A stretch of DNA of 64,000 nucleotides from a bacterium (GTDB taxonomy: Bacteria; Electryoneota; Electryoneia; Electryoneales; Electryoneaceae): the NCBI GenBank assembly GCA_963675295.2, contig CAXXKJ010000002.1, positions 1,536,001 through 1,600,000 on the forward strand. Direction: 5' to 3'. Under the pieces are notes generated by a model. It was not told the origin of the DNA and made no database searches. It saw nothing but the letters and a program-made list of their open reading frames with translations. Both the position numbers and the translations under genes were made by a program. The first letter of the stretch is position 1. Every line of letters starts with the position of its first letter. Below are positions 23,729 to 32,203 of this stretch, piece after piece.

Positions 23729-23963
23729 AAGTGAGCAAAGGTCGGGAGCAGACGAACAATACAGGAAGAGAGTGTAAAATAAGAAGCATGCCGCGGGCTA
23801 GTGTTCGTGGCATTTATTTGTTTCAGGAAGCCTATTGCTGGTTTCTGACTCACGGATAAATGATCTAAGGTCGTTCTAAGACTTGCAATAGGTATATGTT
23901 GAGCAGTTTATTACCAGTCTTCGGGGGAGTGCATCGATTCCAACCCAACAAGGAGGGGTAGCG

Positions 23964-25988
23964 ATGCAACTGAGATTCGTGCTTGTCCTCTTCGTCATTT
24001 CCGCACTTGTCGTACCTGTCCAAGCCTACGAAAAAACCGTGATGGTTGAACATTTCAGCAACTATGGCTGCGGACCATGCGCGAGAAACTACGATCAGGT
24101 TGAGGATTTCTTTGCACAGTATTCCAGGGATGAAGCGGTTCTCATCACGTATCACGAGTGGTGGCCGCTTGTAAATGATTGGTATTACTTGATTAATCCC
24201 GATCCTGCAGAACGTTTTGACTACTATGAAGATCTAATGGGCATTCCAACCTTCATGGTTGACGGATTGTACACGCATATCAGAATGATCGATGCGATGA
24301 ATTCAATCGATGATCTGATCGGTGAGTACACACGGCTCGAGATCATCGTGGATACAGCCACAGTGCACATGGATGGGACAATTAACACGCAGGTGACCCT
24401 GAACACGGATCTTTCGTTGAGCGGATACAGTCTGCGGGCTGTACTGATCGACAAGGATTGTGCGTACGGGAAGGCGCCAAATACCATAGAGAATTATCAC
24501 TGGAACGTGCTGCAAATGGTACCGGATATCATTGGAATCGACCTGAGTGATATTCCCGCGAATGGTACGGAGACCTTCGATTTCACGTTCAACTTGTGGC
24601 CGGACCACAGGGCTGACAACATCGCGCTGGTCTTCTTCGCGCAAAATCGTGGTTTCCAGAATGTCGCGCAGGCAACGTACTCAGACGACTTCGACATCCT
24701 GTTTCCGGGTGTTTCGATTGTCGATTATGAGTTCGATGATTACGGTCAGTCGAAGCCGAACGGTCAGCCGGATCCCGGTGAGTGTGTTGACCTGATTCTC
24801 AACCTGGAGAATGGGGAAGAGTTCCTCTCGACCGACAACCTGGTTGGAACGTTATCCTGCAGCAATGACCAGATCACGATTTCTCAGGCTACTGCGACCT
24901 GGGACGACATATCACCGGGAGCGATGGCGAGGAACACGCCGGAACCATTTGAGATCATGATCCCGGCGAATTTTGCGCCGGAATATGTCACCTTCAGCGT
25001 GCACTTCGTGGATGGATGTGGCTACGAATCCGATTGTGAATTCTTGCAGCTGGTTGGCCAACCAACCATAGCGCTGATTGACGACAGCCGGCCTGAAGAG
25101 GACCTCTTCGACGACCTGTTTACAATGATGCTGGAATCGGGTATCACCATGGAGATGCTGACGTCGTCACAGGCTGTCGCGATGGATCTGACGCAGTACG
25201 CTGCACTGGTCTGGATCACGTCAAATGCGACCAGCTATCCGCTGAGTACCACGGAAAGAGAAACGATTGCGACCTATCTCGGCAAAGGTGGAAAACTTTT
25301 GCTAAGTGGTGAAAATATCGGTGAAGACAGTAGCACAGAAGACCTGCTGGCAACCTATTTCAAAGCTGAGCATGAGTTGGATAACGTCGGTGACTCGTTC
25401 GATCTGTTGTACGGTGTGTCAAGTGGTCCATTCCCCGAAGCCGTGATCTATATCACCTGCGACGGTATGGGTACCACACGTGACCAGGCATCGGTCACAC
25501 CGCTAGCGGAAGGAACGAGTTTATTCAGATACAACTTGATTGGAAATATTGGCGGCGTCGGGTATAACGGTGATATCTGGTCCGCGATCTATTTGCCATT
25601 CAACATCGAATCCGTGTCCGGTATCTACGATTCATGGCGCAGTGCGGACGTGCTCTGGAACTGCATGCACTGGATGGGCGCGACGACAGCGGTTGATGCA
25701 AAGCCGATTGAGCAAGTCGTCCTGCCACAGACTGTCGAGCTCAGCGGCTATCCGAACCCGTTCAACACCGCGATGACGATCAGCTACACATTGCCAACAG
25801 CGGCGGAGGTAGAGCTGACGGTGGTCAATCTGCTCGGGCAGACCGTTGCCGAACTAAGCCGTGGCCAGGTAGCTGCCGGTGTGCATGAGGTGACGTGGGA
25901 CGCTTCGGTGCTGTCAAGTGGGGTGTATTTCCTCAGTCTGCGGGCGGGTGATGTTAGGCGGATGGACAAGGTGGTTCTGTTGAAGTAA
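23964..25988 (+). CDS. Secreted thioredoxin-fold/Omp28-like protein, paralog 3 (CGPC)
   Basis: 'VEHFSNYGCGPC'; GGAGG RBS; same architecture as paralogs 1 and 2. Confidence 0.8.
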   Translation: MQLRFVLVLFVISALVVPVQAYEKTVMVEHFSNYGCGPCARNYDQVEDFFAQYSRDEAVLITYHEWWPLVNDWYYLINPDPAERFDYYEDLMGIPTFMVDGLYTHIRMIDAMNSIDDLIGEYTRLEIIVDTATVHMDGTINTQVTLNTDLSLSGYSLRAVLIDKDCAYGKAPNTIENYHWNVLQMVPDIIGIDLSDIPANGTETFDFTFNLWPDHRADNIALVFFAQNRGFQNVAQATYSDDFDILFPGVSIVDYEFDDYGQSKPNGQPDPGECVDLILNLENGEEFLSTDNLVGTLSCSNDQITISQATATWDDISPGAMARNTPEPFEIMIPANFAPEYVTFSVHFVDGCGYESDCEFLQLVGQPTIALIDDSRPEEDLFDDLFTMMLESGITMEMLTSSQAVAMDLTQYAALVWITSNATSYPLSTTERETIATYLGKGGKLLLSGENIGEDSSTEDLLATYFKAEHELDNVGDSFDLLYGVSSGPFPEAVIYITCDGMGTTRDQASVTPLAEGTSLFRYNLIGNIGGVGYNGDIWSAIYLPFNIESVSGIYDSWRSADVLWNCMHWMGATTAVDAKPIEQVVLPQTVELSGYPNPFNTAMTISYTLPTAAEVELTVVNLLGQTVAELSRGQVAAGVHEVTWDASVLSSGVYFLSLRAGDVRRMDKVVLLK

Positions 25989-26144
25989 AAAGGAAGTACC
26001 AAGTCGAAGAGAAGTACGGAGTTTAAAGAAGTACAAGACAAGTAAGGAGTAAAAAGAAGTACCAAGAAGGAAGAAGCACTGAATAGATGAGAGGAACGGG
26101 GACACTTACTCCGCTAAGTGTCCCCGATTTATTTCATCTTCAGT
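25989..26144. repeat. Purine-rich GAAGTAC repeats plus CGGGGACACTTA-N6-TAAGTGTCCCCG hairpin
   Basis: Hairpin core at 26097-26126 with extended flank pairing; related copies at 39778 and 60449. Confidence 0.8.
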
Positions 26145-26266
26145 ACTTTCGACTTTCGACTTTCGACTTTCGACTTTCGACTTTCGACTTTCGACTTTCG
26201 ACTTTCGACTTTCGACTTTCGACTTTCGACTTTCGACTTTCGACTTTCGACTTTCGACTTTCGACT
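26145..26266. repeat. Perfect heptamer microsatellite (ACTTTCG)x17
   Basis: 119 nt of perfect repeat at 26145-26263, abutting the stop of the adenosyltransferase gene. Confidence 0.97.
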
Positions 26267-26828
26267 ACGCATGTTCCTTCCCGATCCAAGGGGTCTCATC
26301 GCTGCCGGCACGATGATTTGTCCAGCGGGCGAGAGTGAACAGCGTGTCACTGAGACGATTGACGAAGGTCAGCGAGTGCTCGTTGATTGCTTCGCCCATC
26401 TCGGCGATCTCGGTCAGGCGGCGTTCGCCACGGCGGCAGATGGTGCGGGCGACATGCAGTGCCGCGCCTGCCGGGTTTCCGCCGGGCAGGATGAAGTTCA
26501 TCAGCTGCGGCAGGTCTTCGTCCATTTCGTCGATCATGCGCTCGAGACGTGTGACATTGTCCTCGCTGATGCGTGGGATGCGGGCGTCTTCCTCGGTATC
26601 GGACGGCGGAGCGGCAACGTCCGAGCAAAGCACGTGCAGCCGTTCCTGAATCCAGTCAAGCTTTTCCTCGACGGCGGTATCCTCGTTCAGCGCGCGGACA
26701 AGCCCGATCTGGCTGTTGAGTTCGTCCATGGTGCCGTATACGTCCACTCGAGGGTGGTGCTTGGGAACACGTCCCCCGCGCAACAGGCTGGTTTGTCCCT
26801 TGTCGCCCGTCTTGGTATAAATTTTCAT
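26265..26828 (-). CDS. pduO: ATP:cob(I)alamin adenosyltransferase, PduO type
   Basis: 'KIYTKTGDKGQT', 'GTMDELNS', 'FILPGG', 'RTICRRGER', 'NRLSD'. Confidence 0.93.
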   Translation of the reverse strand: MKIYTKTGDKGQTSLLRGGRVPKHHPRVDVYGTMDELNSQIGLVRALNEDTAVEEKLDWIQERLHVLCSDVAAPPSDTEEDARIPRISEDNVTRLERMIDEMDEDLPQLMNFILPGGNPAGAALHVARTICRRGERRLTEIAEMGEAINEHSLTFVNRLSDTLFTLARWTNHRAGSDETPWIGKEHA

Positions 26829-27250
26829 GCCAGTCCTGCAGAAGGTGGTTGGTTAGGGTCAAAATCCGGCACGGGTGCCTCGTCGTCGTCTTGCTCGGCT
26901 TCCCGCAGACCAGTCTGCTTGGAAGAACGCCGCAGTGCACCCAATCGTTCCAGGTCGCTGGCGGCGGTGTTGTCTTCACGGAGGTGTTCGGTCAGATTGA
27001 GCAGGTACTCGCGGTGGATGTCACCGGGCTGCAACACGACACGGTAGAGGGAAAAGCCACGCCAGCGGCGATCACGGACCCAGCCAGCAAGGCGCAGACG
27101 GCTTAAATGCCGTGACACTTTCGGTTGCGCCAACTCCAGTGCCTGGCTCAAGTCGGCAACGGACAATTCGCCTGCCTGTTCCAATAGGAGCAGAATTCTC
27201 AGGCGGCTTTCTTCCCCCATGGCACGTAACAGCTCAACGGTACGATCCAT
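26825..27250 (-). CDS. ArsR/SmtB-family transcriptional regulator
   Basis: 'RLRILLLL...ELSVADL...QPKVSRHLSRLRLAGWV' winged HTH; overlaps the pduO start by 4 nt. Confidence 0.9.
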   Translation of the reverse strand: MDRTVELLRAMGEESRLRILLLLEQAGELSVADLSQALELAQPKVSRHLSRLRLAGWVRDRRWRGFSLYRVVLQPGDIHREYLLNLTEHLREDNTAASDLERLGALRRSSKQTGLREAEQDDDEAPVPDFDPNQPPSAGLA

Positions 27251-27263
27251 CAGCCCTCCTCAA

Positions 27264-27283
27264 ATATGCGCTTATGCGAATAT
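27264..27283. promoter_or_regulatory. Putative ArsR-type operator
   Basis: Imperfect palindrome ATATGCG-N6-CGAATAT just upstream of the arsR-like RBS. Confidence 0.55.
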
Positions 27284-27440
27284 AGGTGTAGCAGAGTGTT
27301 GGGAACAAGCAATCCGGCGAGGCGTTTCTCGGGGGCAGGGACCCGTGAGTCGCAAGCTTGTCAAACGCCGGATCGCTCGCTAAGTTCGCAGAGGCGAGCA
27401 TCCCCACATCACACATTTTAACGCTTTGAGGAGAGACCTC

Positions 27441-28355
27441 ATGACGGACAGAGTTCGTGAGATTCTCAGCTGGTACGGCCACCGCAATGCCGGTGTGCGC
27501 ACAAATCTTTACCGCATGTTGATGCACGGCCGTCTCGGCGGCACCGGCAAGCTGGTGATCCTGCCGGTAGACCAGGGCTTCGAGCACGGACCGTTGCGGA
27601 CGTATCTGCCGAACGAACCGACGTTTGACCCGGATTATCATCCGCAACTGGCGTTGGCCGCCGGTACGAATGCGTACGCCGCCCCGCTCGGTTTCATCGA
27701 AGAAGCGGCCAACCGGTTCACCGGCCAGGTTCCGCTGATTCTGAAGGCGAACAACCACGACGTGCTGCACAAGGATACCGACCCGATTCCGGCGCGCACG
27801 GCGTCGGTACAAGACGCGGTCGAACTCGGCTGCGCGGGCGTTGGATTCACCATCTATCCGGGCTCGCTGGAGCGCGAGGAGATGTACGAGCAGGTTCGTG
27901 AGTACATCGAAGAAGCGCATGATGCCGGCCTGGCTGCGGTGATCTGGTCGTATCCACGCGGCGAGGACATTTCGAAACAGGGTGAGACGGCGGTGGATGT
28001 GTCGTGCTACGCGGCGCAGATCGCGGCTCAGCTCGGCGCGGACATCATCAAGGTCAAGCCGCCGACCGACTTTGTGGAGCAGGACGCGAACAGGAAGGCG
28101 ATCGAGGAATCCGGCGCGGATATCAGCACGTTGGCTGCACGCATCAAGCTGGTGGTCAAGAGTGCGTTCAACGGTCGCCGGATCGTGATCTTCTCCGGTG
28201 GTGGCAAGGGCACGGATGAGAGCGTGCTCGAAGCGATTCAGGGCATCCACGACGGTGGCGGCTTCGGTTCGATCATCGGCCGCAACTCGTTCCAGCGTCC
28301 GAAAGACGACGCGGTCAAACTGCTGCACAAGATCATGGATATCTACGCCGGCTGA
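27441..28355 (+). CDS. fbaB: Fructose-bisphosphate aldolase class I (DhnA type)
   Basis: 'ILPVDQGFEHGP', 'GFTIYPGS', 'WSYPRG', Schiff-base 'ADIIKVK', 'SIIGRNSFQR'. Confidence 0.93.
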   Translation: MTDRVREILSWYGHRNAGVRTNLYRMLMHGRLGGTGKLVILPVDQGFEHGPLRTYLPNEPTFDPDYHPQLALAAGTNAYAAPLGFIEEAANRFTGQVPLILKANNHDVLHKDTDPIPARTASVQDAVELGCAGVGFTIYPGSLEREEMYEQVREYIEEAHDAGLAAVIWSYPRGEDISKQGETAVDVSCYAAQIAAQLGADIIKVKPPTDFVEQDANRKAIEESGADISTLAARIKLVVKSAFNGRRIVIFSGGGKGTDESVLEAIQGIHDGGGFGSIIGRNSFQRPKDDAVKLLHKIMDIYAG

Positions 28356-28437
28356 TCGCAGGACACAACCGATGACATTCAACCCCGGTCAGCGTGGCCG
28401 GGGTTTGTCGTCTCAACCAATCACGGAGGAGGCTACG

Positions 28438-28965
28438 ATGAAGCTGCAGGGAAAGAAAATCGCGCTGCTGATCGGTCCGTTGTTCGAGGACCATGAATTC
28501 TGGGTGCCGTACTATCGGCTGCTCGAAGAAGGGGCGGAGGTTACGGTGATCGGTGGTGACACGAAAACCGAGTATCCGAGCAAGCATCACGGTGTCGGCC
28601 GCAAGGCGGATGTCGCGTCCGAAAATGCGAATTCCAGCCAGTTTGATGCGGTAGTGGTACCGGGCGGTTTCGCCCCGGACCGGATGCGGCGTGACCCGCA
28701 CATGACGCTGCTGGTCAAGGAGATGTACGATGCCGGGAAGATTGTGGCGATGATCTGCCACGCCGGCTGGGTCGGCATCTCGGCGGGAATCGTAGATGGT
28801 CACAAATGCACCGGCAGCACCGGGATCCGTGACGATATCGTCAACGCCGGCGGGACCTGGGTCAACGAACCGGCGTTCCGTGATGGGAATATCGTCTGGG
28901 GTCGCGTTGTGGAGGATATCCCTGACTTCTGCCGGTTGCTGGTGGAAGAGGTGGCGCAGGGTTGA
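28438..28965 (+). CDS. PfpI/DJ-1 family type 1 glutamine amidotransferase-like protein
   Basis: 'FEDHE', 'PGGFAPDRMR', nucleophile 'ICHAG'. Confidence 0.9.
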   Translation: MKLQGKKIALLIGPLFEDHEFWVPYYRLLEEGAEVTVIGGDTKTEYPSKHHGVGRKADVASENANSSQFDAVVVPGGFAPDRMRRDPHMTLLVKEMYDAGKIVAMICHAGWVGISAGIVDGHKCTGSTGIRDDIVNAGGTWVNEPAFRDGNIVWGRVVEDIPDFCRLLVEEVAQG

Positions 28966-29084
28966 CGATTCCGTCGTGCCTGTCCCGGCGATGAAGCCAT
29001 GATGGGGACTCGAATTTCGCACGAGGTCGTGTCGAGACATCGCCGACACGGCCTCGTTTTGTATCGAGAATACCAAAAACAGGC

Positions 29085-29192
29085 TGCTACGAAAAGGTAA
29101 CACTTTCTTGGTCGATCGCTTGGCAACTCTGTTATAAGAACAAAATTATCAATAGGTTAGAACTATGATCAGGTATATGGCACGCTCCTTGA
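29085..29192 (+). promoter_or_regulatory. Putative sigma54 promoter with IHF site and upstream activator-like motif
   Basis: TGGCACG-ctcc-TTGA (29178-29192); IHF consensus TATCAA-tagg-TTA (29147-29159); 22-bp motif at 29085-29106 repeated at 29669-29690. Confidence 0.6.
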
Positions 29193-29231
29193 AGGTACGT
29201 TAAGCAGCACAACTTCGCTCAGGAGTGAACG

Positions 29232-29573
29232 ATGGTCAATCGGATTGATCGGCTGTACGAGCAGGGCCGTCCGCAGCCGGTCCAGAAAAGCGACCCCGCG
29301 AAGCAGACCGGAGTCGACCGGAAGGCCGAAGCCGGGGATATCGGTATGGTTCGGCGGCAGAATGTCGCGGAACGGATCGCACCACACTTGCACGACCAGG
29401 TGGAAATCAGCGAACAGGCGCGTGCGGCGATCAAAGCCGATGAGACGAAAGGTCTGCCGGACGCGTCCCCGGTGGGTGAGCAGACGATCCACGAGTTGCA
29501 GGACTCGTGGTACGCAACCGGCTACCAGCAGGCGCTGGATCAAGCCGATGCGATGCGCGAACCGCAAGAGTAG
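29232..29573 (+). CDS. Small hypothetical protein with an FlgM-like 'DQVEISEQAR' motif
   Basis: AGGAG RBS; DxVEIS motif resembling FlgM-type and flagellar late-regulon proteins. Confidence 0.6.
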   Translation: MVNRIDRLYEQGRPQPVQKSDPAKQTGVDRKAEAGDIGMVRRQNVAERIAPHLHDQVEISEQARAAIKADETKGLPDASPVGEQTIHELQDSWYATGYQQALDQADAMREPQE

Positions 29574-29729
29574 GCTGTGAAAGGGAATACACGGCCTGTC
29601 ATCCGGGAAAACATCCCGGTGACGGCGTGGGATGAACAGGTTTCAATACTGATGGGATGCAACACGGGTGCTACGAAAAGGTGTCACTTTTCGCCGGATT
29701 TCAGCCGTTCGCACCCACATCCTTTATCG

Positions 29730-29756
29730 TTATCGGCAGCGTTTTAGAGAACTTGA
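29730..29756 (-). promoter_or_regulatory. Putative sigma28 (FliA)-type promoter on the minus strand
   Basis: Minus strand reads TCAA-N15-GCCGATAA. Confidence 0.5.
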
Positions 29757-29773
29757 GAGGCTCCGGAGGCGTA

Positions 29774-30034
29774 ATGGTTGAAACGGTACAGGCCGCGCGT
29801 AGCGAGCGGCGCGAAAACCTGATTGACAAGACGGTCCGTCAGAACCGTCGCCGGATCCGTCGCAATTACCGGCGGATGCGTGCCCAGGCGCAGGCGCGGA
29901 AGATCGCGCTGGAGATTCGCATGGCGCAGTTCAAGGAAACCACGGAAAAGATTCAGAACGGTGAGCGGCTCGAGTTTTCGAACAACTCCGGCCTGATGAC
30001 GCAGCTCGGCTGGGTGCTCGACCGGTACGTCTGA
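29774..30034 (+). CDS. Small basic hypothetical protein ending 'LGWVLDRYV'
   Basis: GGAGG RBS; Arg-rich helix. Confidence 0.6.
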   Translation: MVETVQAARSERRENLIDKTVRQNRRRIRRNYRRMRAQAQARKIALEIRMAQFKETTEKIQNGERLEFSNNSGLMTQLGWVLDRYV

Positions 30035-30054
30035 ACGATTGCATGGAGTTGACA

Positions 30055-30336
30055 ATGGATCCGACGATACAACCGGCCAACCAGCAGCGGTTTTATCCGC
30101 ACCTGGCGTTGTTTGACCCGCCGCAGCCGGAACGTGAGGCGATGGAAGAGGAAATGCGTGTGGATGAGGTGGTCGAAATCGTGACCCGTTACGAAAAGAT
30201 CCCCGACTTTGATTCGAAGGAGGATCAGGTGCAGAGTGAGAAGCACATCGCGTTCTACGCTGAACCGAGCGAAGGGCGCACGTATGGGTCAGTGTTGCGT
30301 GAACGTCCCCTCACCAACCTGGACATCTGGATTTGA
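30055..30336 (+). CDS. Small hypothetical protein ending 'NLDIWI'
   Basis: GGAG RBS; stop overlaps the hemW start. Confidence 0.55.
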   Translation: MDPTIQPANQQRFYPHLALFDPPQPEREAMEEEMRVDEVVEIVTRYEKIPDFDSKEDQVQSEKHIAFYAEPSEGRTYGSVLRERPLTNLDIWI

Positions 30337-31520
30337 CCGAATACGCCCACCCTCGCCCGGACCGGTTCGCGCTGTATGTGCATGTGCCATTCTGCGTCCG
30401 GAAATGCCCGTATTGTGCGTTTATTTCCCACGAGTTGCGTGATCCCGCCGAAACGGACGCGGTTGTCGATGCGACTCTGCGTGAGGCTGATTTCTACGTG
30501 GACCAATCCCCGTGGACAGGTGCGACGGTGCACTCGCTGTTTCTCGGTGGCGGGACGCCGTCAATGCTCGCCCCGGATGTGGTGCGGCGGTTGGTTCGGG
30601 GGCTGCGGGAACGGTTTCCGTTCGCCGTGGACGCCGAGTGCAGCATCGAGGTAAACCCGGGCACGTTGACCGATGAGCTGCTGGACGCGTGGCAGGAAGC
30701 GGGCATCAACCGTGTCAGCCTCGGCGTGCAATCGTTGGGCGAGCACACGTTGAAGAAGCTCGGACGCATCCACACGGCGGAGCAGGCACGGCAGTCGTGG
30801 GAGAAGTTGAAAGCGGCTGGGGTGCTTGACCTGAACGTGGATTTGATGTACAGCATCGCGACGGACAACGCGATGCGGGAATGGGCGGACACATTGACGG
30901 AGATCGCAACATGGTCGCCGGACCATCTCAGTGCGTACGCGTTGATTGTCGAGGAGGATACACCGTTCGCGGCGATGCAGGCGCGGGGCAGGCAGGTACG
31001 GCTCGAGGACGATGACGAGTTGGAGCAAATGCGGCTGCTGGCGGAAACCATGGCCGGGGCTGGGTTGTCGCACTACGAGGTGAGCAACTGGGCACGGGCG
31101 GGCAAGCAGTGCCGGCACAATGTGTCATACTGGGACGGCGGTTCATACTTGTCGCTCGGTCCGGCCGCGCACAGTTTTGCTGCGTCCACACGCCGCCGGT
31201 TCTGGAACACACCGGATACGCTGGCGTGGCTGGACGCGGTGCGGGAAACTGGCGCGGGAGTCGGTGGCGAGGAACTGCTGAGTCCGGTGCAGCACCTCGA
31301 GGAACGGATCATGCTGACGCTGCGCATGGTCGCCGGCGGACCGGAGGCGGAGCTGGTGGAGTTGGCGGAAGCTGCCGGAGTGAGCTGGCCGCCGAGTTCG
31401 CTGTCTCGGATGATCGCGGAGGGGTTGCTCGAACGGGACTGTGCGGTTTTGCGGTGTAGTGAGCGCGGGTTGTACGTGGTCGATGCGATCCAGGCACAGC
31501 TGGCGGCGGATTTGAGCTGA
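30333..31520 (+). CDS. hemW: Radical SAM heme chaperone HemW (HemN-like)
   Basis: 'LYVHVPFCVRKCPYCAF', 'GGGTPS', 'SLGVQS', 'HYEVSNW', 'HNxxYW'. Confidence 0.9.
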   Translation: MTEYAHPRPDRFALYVHVPFCVRKCPYCAFISHELRDPAETDAVVDATLREADFYVDQSPWTGATVHSLFLGGGTPSMLAPDVVRRLVRGLRERFPFAVDAECSIEVNPGTLTDELLDAWQEAGINRVSLGVQSLGEHTLKKLGRIHTAEQARQSWEKLKAAGVLDLNVDLMYSIATDNAMREWADTLTEIATWSPDHLSAYALIVEEDTPFAAMQARGRQVRLEDDDELEQMRLLAETMAGAGLSHYEVSNWARAGKQCRHNVSYWDGGSYLSLGPAAHSFAASTRRRFWNTPDTLAWLDAVRETGAGVGGEELLSPVQHLEERIMLTLRMVAGGPEAELVELAEAAGVSWPPSSLSRMIAEGLLERDCAVLRCSERGLYVVDAIQAQLAADLS

Positions 31521-31524
31521 GCTG

Positions 31525-31587
31525 CGAGACTAAAGATGCGAGATGTGAGATTTGAGATGTGAGATATGCGACATGAGATGTGAGACT
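31525..31587. repeat. Degenerate heptamer tract (TGAGATG)x9
   Basis: cgagact aaagatg cgagatg tgagatt tgagatg tgagata tgcgaca tgagatg tgagact. Confidence 0.8.
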
Positions 31588-31606
31588 CTGAAGGCTGACG
31601 GCGGTG

Positions 31607-31734
31607 TGTCATTCTGACCTTCGCGCAGCGAAAGGAAGAATCTACTCAAAGTTACGGAGATGGTTCTCTATCGTCGAGGCAGGTGGTTGTTCCGGCCAGA
31701 TCCTTCATCCGATACTGCCGGATTCAGGATGACA
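31607..31734. mobile_element. 128-bp nested inverted-repeat element (MITE/REP-like)
   Basis: Outer IR TGTCATTCTGA/TCAGGATGACA and inner IR GAAGAATCT/AGATCCTTC; right-half copies at 42559-42593 and 60403-60429; followed by (GCAATCC)x3 at 31744. Confidence 0.6.
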
Positions 31735-31858
31735 CCTTGTACAGCAATCCGCAATCCGCAATCCGCAGCCCCAAAAAAAGAGGAGCCCGGTCCGAAGACC
31801 GGGCGGGCGCGGAACTCCATGCGAACATGGAGAGAGGAGAATCTGGTTACGGGCTCCG

Positions 31859-32023
31859 CTACAACCCGTGAATCGTAGTTGTTGTGGGTACGTCCGTATT
31901 CACTCTGTGACGCTGATTCTGAAGATTATGTTCTTTGGGACCTTTTCCCAATCGTTTCAGGACTTTCAATCGCCACTGCCACAATTTCAGCCGCAGCCGT
32001 TTGATCAGTGATTTCCGTGCCAT
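31859..32023 (-). CDS. Possible small basic protein (MARKSLIKRLRLKLWQW...)
   Basis: Short ORF in an otherwise empty gap; weak RBS. Confidence 0.3.
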   Translation of the reverse strand: MARKSLIKRLRLKLWQWRLKVLKRLGKGPKEHNLQNQRHRVNTDVPTTTTIHGL

Positions 32024-32203
32024 CGTGCAAGCCGCGTTGAATTCGGTCCCCCATGCCATTCGCGGGTATGAAAACGCAAAAACTCCCATAATTGTCTGAA
32101 ATCCGAAAGGGAAGGCTCTCGACTCGGAGCCATTTTCACGAACGAGACCGGGAACGCCTGTCAAACAAAGGATATCGGGGAGCTGAGCAAACGGAGTATC
32201 AGA

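Noticed and set aside
19461-25988. Diversity-generating retroelement acting on the triplicated genes
   Set aside because: No reverse transcriptase in the window, and the differences between copies are not adenine-specific.
26087-26350. ORFs with STFDFRL / SRKSKVE repeats
   Set aside because: Translations of the (ACTTTCG)17 microsatellite, not credible proteins.
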